Source: Conidiobolus incongruus B7586 (taxonomy: Eukaryota). From it: DNA of 34,919 bases. The notes under the pieces were generated by a model. That model was not told where the DNA came from, made no database searches, and saw nothing but the letters and a program-made list of their open reading frames with translations. Position 1 is the first letter of the stretch. Each line of letters begins with the position of its first letter. Shown here piece by piece: positions 1-11,470 of this stretch. The stretch covers positions 1 to 34,919 of the forward strand of contig JNEM01013601.1 of assembly GCA_000697335.1 (NCBI GenBank). The letters are read 5' to 3'. The position numbers and the translations under genes were made by a program.

Positions 1-1243
1 TTAGTATTATTATATTTAAATCCCTCTCTAAAAAAATCTATTTGTATATTAATTAACTTTATAAAAAAGATAAATTAATTTATGATATTATTAGAATTAC
101 TAATGTTAATTAATTTACTATAGTTAAAGTTATTAAGAATAACAATAAAAACACATTTAAATTTAAATTTAAAAATATTAAGATTATAAATAAATATAAT
201 AAAAAGTATATTTATAGGTTAATTAATATAAGTAAGTATAATACTACTATAGAAATATAATAAAGATTATAAAATTATATAATAATATTAAATAACATTA
301 ATATTATTATATATGTTTTATATTAATATAGATATTACTTATATTTTAAGAAAAAATATTGTTAATTAAAGAAATCTTATTATAAAATTAAATAAGTATT
401 AAAATATTATTATTAATATTAATTTAAAATTAATTCAAATTATTTAATTTAATGAAATAAAAACATATTTTACAAAATTTAATAAAAAATCTAAATAATT
501 TAAAAAATTAAAATTACTTTATAACTATTATGTTGATATTACTTAAAAGTATAATAATAGGTTAATTATTATTTAAAGATATATATTGTTTTTAAATATA
601 AGGTATTTTTATAAAGTTAATAAAGAATTTAATATTAAGATTTATTAAACTATTTTAAATAATAAATTAAAAAACCATTGAATAATATAAGTTAAATAAA
701 TTTAATATTATTTTTTAATAAGATAATACCTTTTATTATATTATAGCTTTTATTACCAAATATCTTAAAAATAATAAAATAATAGTTATAAAATAATTTT
801 TTTAATTTTTAACTTTAATTTAATTAAATATTTTTAAAATTAATTAAAAAAAGTTAATAAAATTTACCCTTTAACAAAATTTTTAAATTAGCTTTAAGAA
901 TATATTTAAAAAATAAAAAACAAAATTAACTTCTTTAATATAAGAAGTTAATTTATTTTATATCTCATGAACTTAAAAAAATTAAAAAAGTTAAAGGTAG
1001 ATATATTAAGTTTTAATTTTTTTTCACTAAATACCTACAAATTTATAACTTATCTTAAGTAAAATTTAAAAGTTGATATCTTAACCAATTAATAATTAAA
1101 TATCATCATTTAATGATTTATATTATTAATAAATATATATAATTTTAATTATTTAATTTAGGTTCATTTCATTAAATATTAATTAAGTTATTAGTAAAGA
1201 TATAAGTGTTTTTGATTTTATAACTCACTTTTATAAGTTAATA
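1..1243 (+). mobile_element. Tc1-family (DD34E) DNA transposon, copy A; 5' end lies outside the window; heavily transition-mutated
   Basis: Aligns as the reverse complement of 31697..32954 (window position 1 matches 32954). Ends in a ~225-bp TIR whose terminus ...ataagttaata matches ...acaggttagtg of copy B, and is followed by TA at 1244-1245. Confidence 0.9.
12..1016 (+). pseudogene. Tc1 transposase pseudogene (copy A)
   Basis: Start codon mutated ATG->ATA (12-14). Degenerate FQQDNAP reads ttt taa taa gat aat acc (~713-730). Degenerate WPPQSPDxNPIE lies at ~794-830. C-terminus KVKGRYIKF* corresponds to the Tc1 AKGGHTxY/F* ending. Many stops and a few small indels. Confidence 0.88.
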
Positions 1244-1245
1244 TA

Positions 1246-1452
1246 TATTAAATAATTTCTCTTCTAACTTTAGAATAATTTACTTAGTGATAATAATTAA
1301 TTTTAAATAAAATTTCATTTTTATAAGCTGTTTATAAACTGTAAATAATTTTAAAAGATTTGTGGTTAAGTTTTAATAATATTAAAAATAAAAGACTTTT
1401 GATGATTATTATTTGATTTAAGTATAACTAAATAAAGTAATAAATTTTAAAT
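1246..1452 (-). mobile_element. 5' fragment of a mariner (DD34D) element, interrupted by Tc1 copy A; may extend to ~1600
   Basis: Direct repeat of ~34692..34898 (e.g. aaagacttttgatgattattatttgatttaagtataa vs aaaaacttttgatgattactatttagtttaagcataa), which encodes the mariner N-terminal HTH. Homology starts right after the TA flanking the Tc1 end. Extension to ~1600 rests only on a weak TIR-like match. Confidence 0.78.
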
Positions 1453-1605
1453 AATATATTTTAAAGAAAACATTATATATCAACATATATATATATATTG
1501 CTATATACTATATATTCTCTTATTTATTTTTTATATAGCTTTTTCAACTTAATATTATGTTTGAAAAACAAAAATTGAAAAATTTTCCATTTCTTTAATA
1601 CTGAA

Positions 1606-2750
1606 GTGATATTTTAGGAAATTCAAAATTTAGAAAAAACTCAGAGCTTTAGTTAATGATAGAAAATAATTAACTTGCCAAATTTCAACTACCAGAAATC
1701 CCTAAGGATATTAGGAGGGCTGTATTGGAGGTATTCATTGCCAGACATGGTAAAGAGAAGTACCATCAATTTAATACTCCTGATGATTTTGTTAAGGGGC
1801 ATGGATTAACAAAATATGGTCCATTGCGTGAATTGCATGTTTCTGTGAACACTATTCCAGCTGGTGTAGGGTGATCCATTCTTCTAGTTTATAGAGGAGG
1901 TATATGTTCCTCCCTGTGAAGTCCCATTAGTGGCATAGGATCATTCAACAAAGATTCTCTCAAATTTGCATTATCTCATTTGCTGGCGATTTGATTATGA
2001 ACAAACAGCGAGATCGAGCTATTAGTATGTCCAAGTGACTCATATTTGTATGACTGGTAGATTACATTTATGTACAACGATAATAAAATAGGTGAAAATC
2101 CAGAAATGATGAGTTCCAGCTGTCCGAGATTTTCGAAACTTCCTAAAGTGAAAGCTATTTTAAGTGACGCTGAATAAAGATCCAAGCCCAATTCAAGTAT
2201 TTTATATAACCAAAATTGGTACATATATAGACATCAGCCAAAGGGCCGTATCCTCGTAGAAACTACCCGTAATATGGTACTCAATCATGATCTCAAATTC
2301 CACGAAGACATAAACAAGTTCTATAATTTCTCAGTCAATATAGGCAGAGAAACCAGACTCCTATCACTTTAGGACAATGTCTGATCATTTGAAAATCTAA
2401 TGCGAGTCAAGAACTTTTAGGAAAGCTCATCAAATTAAACAGCGATTTAATGGTCAAACTTTATAACAGATATATTCCGACAATGAGCTCTTCATTAATG
2501 GTAAGATGACGGCTGAAGTTGAAACCAGAGGTTATGTAAGTAATCAACTTACGGGGGAACTAAGAGTATTGCAACTTCATATCAGAGAATTTGAAAGGAG
2601 AGCCAATCAACTCAAGCATATTGACCAAAGTAGTGAAGGGAATGTCAATTACAATAGCCGATCACAAACCAAAGGACATCGCTATAGAAGAAGTGTAGAA
2701 GCTAAGCATGGTTGGATTATTAAGAATAATGAAGATGCTCAGTCTCAGTA
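1606..2750 (+). pseudogene. PNGase A paralog pseudogene, 5'-truncated at the transposon nest
   Basis: Hand translation gives DILGNSKFRKNSEL*LMIENN*LAKFQLPEIPKDIRRAVLEVF...GPLRELHVS...GVG*...SL*SPISGIGSF...VEAKHGWIIKN, colinear with aa ~216-596 of the intact gene at 4012..5796. It has in-frame stops at W/Q positions and several frameshifts. ORF 2506..2844 is its C-terminal fragment. Confidence 0.92.
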
Positions 2751-4011
2751 TTTTTGCTATTTAACTATTACAAGAGTATATATAATTTTTTTATTAACTC
2801 TATTGAACAGAGCTATAATCATTAAAATGAATGTATTTATATAGTCAATTTTCATTAAATTATACTACATTATTTCATTATTAATCAAGGTTAAAATTAT
2901 TGATCAAATATTAATGAAACCAATTTAATATATAATATACATTATAAAATCAATTGAATATTGATTTGGAATAAGTATATTATATATATATATTAAAGCA
3001 ATGATGGCATTTAATAATTCATTAATGCGATGTGTATAATCTATAAAATTTCAAATGAGCATTCCAACGAATCGTTGAATGATGATTATATTGTTTAGAA
3101 TGTGAAATGAATGCCATTTAGTGAATTAAAATTCTTTATATGGTAAAATATTGTACCAAATACCAAATTATTATATAGTATATAGCATTAATAGTTTAAT
3201 TTTCATCTCTAAATTTATGTGTATTACAAATTAATGATTAATCATTTTTTTTGAAAATATTACTATTCTCAAAGCTATGTTTTAATCGTTGAAAAATGAT
3301 TAACTCAGTATTTTATTGGATGTTAAAATTAAATACTGAGTATATAGAAATTTTATCATAGAGAAATTATAATATATAGTATGATTGATTGATCTCAAAA
3401 TACCATATGAGTATGCGTGTCTTTATAAGCATGTTATATTAGAAAGGTTATAATCCAAGATATCGAAAAATACTGTTATATATCATTATCGTATCATGAC
3501 TTACATATCCCTGTAATGGAACTGATACTCAAGAAACAATTCAAGATCTATATTACTTTTGAATGATATTACAATTTTATTAATATATAATATAATGAAA
3601 TATTTCATAGCTTATTTGTAACAATATATTTTGATTATCTCTTGATATTTAATTCAAAATTATGATACCAAACAATTCAAAAAATTTGATTTATTATGAC
3701 AATATATCTTCTATTATATTATGGTTTAAATATTTTCGACATAAACAACCTCTGTATTATTATACTTTTCAACTGAAAAATAAAATAGTATAAATATTGA
3801 AAGTCACTTTACATCAACGATATTATATTAATTATAGAAGTAATATATGCTAGTTCTCGTACATATTAATTAAGTTATATGAATATTGGGATTTTTTCAC
3901 ACAAATTTAAATATTAGTTAGAATGATATATTGGTTATAAATTGCAAATAGTTTATTCAATTGCTATAATCTATGAATAATTTGATAAGGAAATCATTGA
4001 AAATTTGATAG

Positions 4012-5796
4012 CTAATAACAATCGGAGTTTTCACTATTTTTAGTAATCCAGCCATGCTCAGTTTCAACATTACGATGGTAACATTGCTTTTTGAGCTCCA
4101 ATTTGTTAAAATAATTAACATTGCCATTACTACTACCATCCGCTGTAGATGGTTGACCAGGTCTCCTTCCAAATTGACCCAAGTTTCGTTGTTTTAAGTT
4201 CATTTCAGTCATTGGATTATTGCCTATAGTATATCTTTTCAATATTTCTTGAGTCATATCAGCATTAACTAAAAATCCCCCTTCTGGATATTCTATAGTC
4301 TTGAAAACTCCATAAAATCGCCATTTGTTCTCCTTTACCTCATGGAAGAGTTCTTTACTGGTTCTAGGTCTTTCATCTGATTTCTTATCGGATAAGGATG
4401 TGAATTTAGTTTCGGTAATAATATTCACTGTGAAATCAAACACTTCTTTATCTGGATATTCTTTGAGATTGTGATCAAATACCATCTTACGTGAAGTTTC
4501 GACTTGAATCCGACTCTGTGGCTGGTTGATAAAACCCTTTTGGCTGTATACACGACTGGCATCAGTTTGGAAAGTGTATGTATTGTTATTTAAAGTAGTT
4601 TGCACCTTAGGATTGATTGGTAACTGAAGGTTGTTGGAACTGATTGTTCCAGAATTTCCGTTGGACTCATCATCGTTATACCACAAGTGCAAGTTTCCTG
4701 TCAGCAACCAATGCGAGTCACTTGGAAAAACTTTTAGTTCTATAAAGTTTGATTGTCTGGAAATCAAGTCTCCAACAAATGCTGATAGCTCGAATTCAAT
4801 TGGCTCTGTGCTAAATGATCCTATACCACTAATTGGTCGCCACAAGGTTGGTGCAACTCCACCTGTAAACAATACAGGGAAGGGCCATCCTACCCCAACC
4901 GGGACGTCGTTGATAGAGACTTGAACCTCACGGAAAGGACCATGTCTGCTTAAACTGTGTTGCTGAGCATAATCATCGGATGTATTGAATTCGTAAAATT
5001 CCTCTTTACTCTGTCCATTTACAAAAACCTCAAGCATGGCTCTTTGAACATTCTTAGGAATTTCTGGGAGTTGAAATTTAACCGATTGATTCTTCTCCAA
5101 TAAAAGCCACGGCTCGGATTGTTTACCATATTTGGCTACACCCAGAATGTTATCAGCTGGTCTTTCGTAGACAGATTCCTTAGGTGAATGAGGCTTTTGA
5201 AGATAAATTTCCAATTTCAAATTGATTAAAAAGCTACCTGTATAAATTTCATTCATAATGTTTCCTAAACTTACGGTGAGAGTCCTGTTAGACTGTAACA
5301 GACTGCTATATCTAGTGGCATCAACCGAAAATTCCCAAGTAATACCTTGCTGGGTTGGTTCTGCGGTACTGGTTCTTAAAATTTCGATACTATCTAGCCA
5401 AACGGCAGCTAACCTATCGAATTGGACACCTTTACTGTATCCCTTCCAAGTTAGAATAGCTTTTTGAATTTTCTTTCCTTTGCACTTGAGATCAGGTGTA
5501 TAAGGACCAATATAAGGCTTTCCATAACTATTTGTGAACTCATAATTCATTAACTCAATAACACAGTCGGCATCACGGGCTTCGGGACGTTGGATGGGGG
5601 TAATAGATAATTCAAATGGTGACTCGTATCCTGGTTTGGTTCCATTACCTTGAACACTTGCGGCTCTAATTGCATTAGGATTCAATTCATCTCCTCCATA
5701 TGCAATTTTTTCAAAAATATGGGGACTGATTTTAGCTTGAATAGGAATAAGGCTACCTAACCAAAGCATTAGTTGTATCAAGTTCCATCGAATCAT
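4012..5796 (-). CDS. Peptide-N4-(N-acetyl-beta-glucosaminyl)asparagine amidase A (PNGase A family), secreted, intronless
   Basis: ~594-aa ORF (first ATG at 5796; the ORF track starts at an upstream TTG). Hydrophobic N-terminal signal peptide. Family motifs: F.NSYG.P, G.QFDRL..VW, RTSTAEP...GI.W, EEF, GPFREV.V.I, WPFPV.FTGG..P.LWRPI..IG.F. Confidence 0.93.
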   Translation of the reverse strand: MIRWNLIQLMLWLGSLIPIQAKISPHIFEKIAYGGDELNPNAIRAASVQGNGTKPGYESPFELSITPIQRPEARDADCVIELMNYEFTNSYGKPYIGPYTPDLKCKGKKIQKAILTWKGYSKGVQFDRLAAVWLDSIEILRTSTAEPTQQGITWEFSVDATRYSSLLQSNRTLTVSLGNIMNEIYTGSFLINLKLEIYLQKPHSPKESVYERPADNILGVAKYGKQSEPWLLLEKNQSVKFQLPEIPKNVQRAMLEVFVNGQSKEEFYEFNTSDDYAQQHSLSRHGPFREVQVSINDVPVGVGWPFPVLFTGGVAPTLWRPISGIGSFSTEPIEFELSAFVGDLISRQSNFIELKVFPSDSHWLLTGNLHLWYNDDESNGNSGTISSNNLQLPINPKVQTTLNNNTYTFQTDASRVYSQKGFINQPQSRIQVETSRKMVFDHNLKEYPDKEVFDFTVNIITETKFTSLSDKKSDERPRTSKELFHEVKENKWRFYGVFKTIEYPEGGFLVNADMTQEILKRYTIGNNPMTEMNLKQRNLGQFGRRPGQPSTADGSSNGNVNYFNKLELKKQCYHRNVETEHGWITKNSENSDCY

Positions 5797-7610
5797 ACCC
5801 AAAGAATTAAATATTTGATTCTGGGATCAAAAAAATTAAATAGTATATTTATAGTCCGATAGTATACCAATCAATCATGGATTTAATTACCTTTTTATAT
5901 CTATTATTATCACTAATCGTTGTTGATAAGACTATGCGAAATCAACATCAATTTCAAATCAATTAATAATAATTAATTCATTAATTTTGTTATTAATAAG
6001 AACTATGTAATGAACATCAACTTATATACAGGTATTTAACATTCCTGAAATGTTTTTTATTTTAATAGATGAAATTTTTAACTAAATTAATTCAATCTAG
6101 GTATAACTATTTAAGATATGGAGATTATTAAACTAAGATTTCATTACTAGATTTATTTTAGTGTTATTACTTCAAACATTGTTATACTCAAAAGAAAACT
6201 AATGATATAATAGGTCTAATTTTAAGTGTAAAATTGACTATGGAAAGATGATATATAAATAAATAATGATTTCATAATATTAAACTAAAAAAATACAATC
6301 AATATTAATAAATTTTCATATCAAACATTATAAATTAAATATTTTTGAGATAATGGAATAAAGCATCATAGAAAATATAACTATATCAATATATTTTATT
6401 TCCCCAATTTTATTTTAAAACAATATATTCTTGAAACATTAATTATTGTTATCATTTATTGATTGTTCAAACTTAATGATTTAAATATATAATATAATTT
6501 TAAATTAATTTTTGGATTTAAATTTTATAACTGTAAACTGAATAGTTCCTAAACATGATTGCTTTAAATTTTAACTCGTTTATTAATATTATACTCTCGA
6601 TAAAATTGATTATCCTTAATAATATCCAATTTATAAAGATGTTAAAATAATGTAACTTTAGCCATTGGGATTTATATTATTTTTTAATGATGGCGAAAAG
6701 TCATAATGTTATGATTTGAGTTAAACAAATTGAATAATATGACTTGGATGAGAATATGGTTTGAAGTAAATATTTTTCATATATATATTTATAATAACAA
6801 ACATATTAAAATTGTTGAATCAATATCTTGATATTCGTATATTTTATGCTAATTTGATTATTAGCCTAAAAAGTTTAATTGAAATTAATATTTCAATTTT
6901 TTAATTAATAATTTACTACTGAATTACAAGATATAAACTAAATATATTTTTCAATAATTCGAGGTAAAATGAATAATTTGAATTGATTTAAATAATGGTT
7001 GTCATTCTTGTAAATGTTTGAGTTAAACACAGTATTTTAATATATAATATAAAATGAAAAATATAACTTTCACTATTTAATTAAATCCTTGGTGTATATA
7101 ATACCTATTCCTGATTGAAATCACAAATAAAACACACTGTATATTATTATAATATTCGTTATTGAAATGTCGAGATATAATGATATAGAGATATAACAGC
7201 ATAACCAACCTTATCAATTATATTTAAAATAATAGAATAGCTGGAAACCTAAAATGACCTATTAATAACATAATATATTTAACAAATTTTAAGAAAATAA
7301 TAATGTCGATCATATAATTCAATTATGGTGAAATATTTTGTAGTATTAAGGATAAGATCACATAGTGTTATATATATATATTTGATATTCATAAAATAAA
7401 GGTGATTATTAGAAAGAATATGAATATCAATTCAAAGAGCAAGTAGCTAAATTTAATTAAATCTAATATTGAAACTCGGATATAAATCAAAAATAAGACA
7501 CCAGTGGTAATAATAAAAATCGGAATTTGGATTTTTTTAAAATACAAGACTATTTTAATATTGAAAAATATTATATAATAAAAGAATAAATATTTTAATC
7601 GGTTGAAAAA

Positions 7611-7683
7611 TGGAGAATCCGGGCATCGATCCCGGCGCCTCTCGCATGCAAAGCGAGCGCTCTACCAAATGAGCTAATTCCCC
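7611..7683 (-). tRNA. tRNA-Ala (anticodon UGC)
   Basis: Minus strand reads GGGGAATTAGCTCATTTGGTAGAGCGCTCGCTTTGCATGCGAGAGGCGCCGGGATCGATGCCCGGATTCTCCA. It folds as a full cloverleaf with the G3:U70 alanine identity pair and anticodon arm CTCGC-TT-TGC-AT-GCGAG. A T5 Pol III terminator follows immediately (7606-7610). Confidence 0.97.
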
Positions 7684-8580
7684 ATATATGGGATTTTAAT
7701 GATATATCATATATGTACATTTATATAAAGCATTTCTTACTATTTTTATTTATATTCTTTCATTCTATATTTAAACTCTCATTTAATTTGTTCTCTTTCT
7801 ATTTCTATTATTTCTCACACTATCCTCTTTTCATTTCAATAGGTTACTAATTTTTATTCGAAATTTCATTAAAATGCCTATATATTTCCATTTTTATATA
7901 AAGTTTTCTTTATTCAATATTTTTCTTTGAAACGTTTTCGAATATCTCCTGTCACTATTATCACATAGACTTTTTTAATATTGTTTATTCTTCTATATTT
8001 ATTTTATACTTTATATAAATTATTTTTTAATAATTACCTTCATTTGAAATTATTCAAAACCTTTGAAGTAAAATACACTTATTGATCATAATACCATGTA
8101 ATATCTTTTAATAAAATAAATTTTAAAATATTAGATTTATAGCACAATATTAAGTTCAATTCAATCATTAAAATTCAAATATTTAATTGTCATCAAAATT
8201 ATAAATATTCTAATTTATTTCATATTGAAACATTGACTGCCACAATCAAAATATCTTTTATTTAATATATTTACTATTTCCCAAAATTTTAAATTTAGAA
8301 AATAATTATAATGAGAATTTTTATTTGGACTAAAATCATATTTTAATCAAGTACTTAATTTGTATTTTTGATTCCATATTTACTACTTTATTCCAAGTTT
8401 GTAAAGTATATATATAAACATATATATAGATCACATAAAAGGTAACTACAGGAAAAACTTTCAAACATTAATAATATTGGTTCCCACGAGCATTAAATTT
8501 GAAGCTAAATTTATTAATAAACTACTTATTATTTCTATGTTTTGTACTAGAAATTCAAAAAATGGTACGAATTAAAATAA

Positions 8581-8604
8581 TATATATATATATATATATA
8601 TATA
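8581..8604. repeat. (TA)n microsatellite
   Basis: About 12 perfect TA units. Similar runs occur at ~16079-16102, ~16374-16397 and ~23315-23337. Confidence 0.9.
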
Positions 8605-9287
8605 TGCGCCTTTTCATATTATTAGAAAGCATATTTAATATATAAAATCAATCAATGTTTTCTAACTTATATAAACTAATTTTTAGATCCACCAATTAAA
8701 CTTAATGGATGGTTATTAATATAAGGTGGTTTTGTCTGTATTGTATCAACTATTTAAAATCTTGAAATTTGTTGATCTGTTGATATTTTTTACTAATTAG
8801 AAAACATTATATATTAATAAGTATTGTAGTATTATTTAAATTATTTTTAATATATCATTATTAAAGCTTATTAACCAATTTCATTAATTATTAATACATC
8901 GAATACTATTGTGTATTATGAATTATATCGACTTAATGTCAAATTTGTTCATCAAATAGTCAAATAATTTTGAAATTCGGAATACTAAAGATAAAATTCC
9001 AACTTCGTCTTAATTTGTAATTTTAAAGAATATATTTTATAGAAATATAGTTTTAATCTAAATAATTTATATATTATTTTATCATATGACCTAATTTTCA
9101 TATTTCACTAAATATATAAATATTCAGATACCGCATTCTCCAAATGCAGCGATAGAGAATTATGAAAATGCTTGAATGTAATCAAAAATGTCGCCATTTT
9201 CATTTAAATTTCGATATCTTTTGAATGTAAACAGTATTTGATAATATCCTCTTTCTCATCTTAATCCAATGAAATTGATTAAACTTT

Positions 9288-9340
9288 ATGACGTAAAGGA
9301 TATTGTTTAGGATGTCGTAATTCTTCTAAAATTTGACGTT
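9288..9340 (+). promoter_or_regulatory. Candidate ATF/CREB (CRE-like) elements upstream of the peroxiredoxin
   Basis: ATGACGTAA at 9288-9296 and TTGACGTT at ~9333-9340, about 250-300 bp upstream of the ATG, in CpG-poor DNA. Function is inferred only. Confidence 0.3.
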
Positions 9341-9583
9341 TATTACATCTTAAATTTTTAAAAAAATATACATGATTGCTTAAAAATTGCATAAAATGAG
9401 AGGCTATGTATATATAGAATGACTATATATGACTGTTATTGATACTTGATACACTAAACTATTATTGACGGAAATCATTAATATGTCCCATAAATAGTAA
9501 TCCAGTAATTAATATTTAATCTCATAAAAATAACCAAAGTTAATAAAAATTCACATCAAAGGGTAATTCATTAATTCATAAAC

Positions 9584-10249
9584 ATGCCTCAAGAACGTCT
9601 TCGTTTAGGTTCCGTCGCCCCCAACTTTGACGCTGAAACTACCATCGGTCACATTAACTTCCACGAATGGTTAGGAAACTCCTGGGGTGTTCTCTTCTCC
9701 CACCCTGCCGATTTTACTCCTGTTTGTACCACTGAATTAGGCCAAGTTGAAAAGTACAGCAAGCAATTCCAAGAGCGTGGTGTCAAGGTTCTCGCTGTCA
9801 GTGTCGACGGTATTGAAGACCACCACAAGTGGATCAATGACATCAACGAAGTCAACGGTGTTCAAGTTGGCTTCCCTATTATTGCTGACAAGGACCGCAA
9901 AGTTTCCACCTTATATGATATGTTAGACCACGAAGATCACGATCCCACCAACATCGTCCAAGGCCAGCCTCTTACCGTCAGATCTGTCTTCATCATCGAC
10001 CCCGCCAAGAAAATTCGTTTGACTTTCACCTATCCCGCCAGCTGTGGTAGAAACTTCGACGAAATCATCAGAGTTATCGACTCTCTCCAATTGAGTGACA
10101 AACACCCCGTCACTACTCCCGCTAACTGGAAGGTCGGCGACCGTGTCATCGTTCACCCCAAGGTCAGCGATGCTGAAGCCAAGCAACAATTCCCTGAACA
10201 CGAAGTCTTGAAACCTTATCTCAGACTCACTCCTCAACCCAAAAACTAA
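9584..10249 (+). CDS. PRX1: 1-Cys peroxiredoxin (Prx6 subfamily)
   Basis: 221-aa intronless ORF with the FSHPADFTPVCTTE active-site motif, YPA..GRNFDEI.R..DSLQ, TPANWK.GD.V and C-terminal PYLR.T. Strong preferred-codon bias; no obvious N-terminal presequence. Confidence 0.97.
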   Translation: MPQERLRLGSVAPNFDAETTIGHINFHEWLGNSWGVLFSHPADFTPVCTTELGQVEKYSKQFQERGVKVLAVSVDGIEDHHKWINDINEVNGVQVGFPIIADKDRKVSTLYDMLDHEDHDPTNIVQGQPLTVRSVFIIDPAKKIRLTFTYPASCGRNFDEIIRVIDSLQLSDKHPVTTPANWKVGDRVIVHPKVSDAEAKQQFPEHEVLKPYLRLTPQPKN

Positions 10250-11099
10250 ATTCATACCCACTGTGGTTCAATTAGCATTATATTTGTTAATAAATCTAAC
10301 TTATTTTATTAGGATACACATACATTCAATTATATTACTATTCGAGTATAGCTTGATGTATTATAACCTACATTGTATAGGTACAGGTAGAACTGTTAAA
10401 TTTGACTGTTATATGGTTATGATACATTTTCCAAAGTCTAAGTAAGCAATTACCAATATAATAACTTAATAATAAATTCAGTTCATCACTTATAATATAA
10501 TTCAAAATCATTTTAACAGCACTACTCATGAAGTTCATTAGATTTACAAGTGGCTTCATACACAGTCGAGACCTAATTCAATGACGTGATCATTTTCAAA
10601 TATTAATCCACTAGAACCGGCCCAATTATTAGAATTTACACACAACTTTATTTAGTCAACTGAGTTTTAAATGGATAAATATTAATGATTAACCAATTAT
10701 AAATCAAACTTATTCAATATAACTTATTATCTAATTTGTACTCTACCAAGTACAAATTTTTATAAAAATACACACATATAAAATGAATTGATTTATTTTC
10801 AATATTATATATAGTCGAATATGGTAATAGTTTCAAAAAAGAAATTTAAATACTTCGATTGATATTAATATTGATTATACTGAAATTGTATTAATAATGA
10901 TAATTTATTACAATTATGAATGAATATTGTAGCATTTGATATTTATTAAAAAGTCAAAATAAATAAAATATTACTTATAGATTTATTTTGAAATTGTATT
11001 AAAATTATTAATTAAAATAGTAAAAATATAAATACAAGATAATGAATACAAACTCTTAAAGCATTCAAAGGATTGACATTTATTACTAATAACCATAAT

Positions 11100-11470
11100 T
11101 TAATAGGCCTCTATTATATAATATGTCAATTGCTAAATATCATTCTCACTTTTTACTACATTGTTTATAAAATCATACAATCTAATGTCCAAAACATTTT
11201 TAGATTTGATAGATACAACACCTTCATTACTTCGTTTATTAAGAATCACCCTACGATCATTAGTTACAGCATCATATTTAGTACCATTGATTTCAATTAC
11301 TTGAATATAAAGCCATTCGGCAATGTTGTTGGTATTGCAAATTATTCTAGCTGTTTCCATAGAGATTAGAATTGTCACTGAATACTAAAATATTACCAGA
11401 GTGATAGAGTTGCAGCTTTTAAGAATCCTTTGGTCAGTAAATGATCATTGATTGGACTATTGCAACCCAT
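11100..11470 (-). pseudogene. Profilin pseudogene 1
   Basis: Starts at ATG 11470: MGCNSPINDHLLTKGFLKAATLSL. After frameshifts it reads ...IEINGTKYDAVTNDRRVILNKRSNEGVVSIKSKNVLDIRLYD...ENDI*QLTYYIIEAY*. This is colinear with the 22124 profilin ([32 protein letters not shown]...EKLADYLISVGY*) and about the same length. Confidence 0.8.

Noticed and set aside
1976..2224. 82-aa minus-strand ORF
   Set aside because: Antisense to the PNGase pseudogene; no recognisable features.
2506..2844. 112-aa ORF as an independent gene
   Set aside because: It is the C-terminal fragment of the PNGase pseudogene reading through into AT-rich flank.
3303..3341. 11-bp perfect inverted repeat (actcagtattt...aaatactgagt)
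   Set aside because: Single short AT-rich hairpin with no second copy or target duplication seen; compatible with chance.
3957..5467. ORFs 3957..4172, 4631..4924 and 5258..5467
   Set aside because: Alternative-frame or antisense shadows of the PNGase A gene.
9649..10559. ORFs 9649..9855, 9923..10261, 10263..10445 and 10368..10559
   Set aside because: Antisense shadows of the codon-biased peroxiredoxin, or short AT-rich ORFs in its 3' flank.
11073..11369. 98-aa plus-strand ORF
   Set aside because: Antisense to profilin pseudogene 1, with a non-ATG start.
11378..11396. Micro-intron that would rescue profilin pseudogene 1
   Set aside because: Candidate GT..AG segments are only 12-19 nt, do not restore the frame, and an in-frame TAG remains near the C-terminus.
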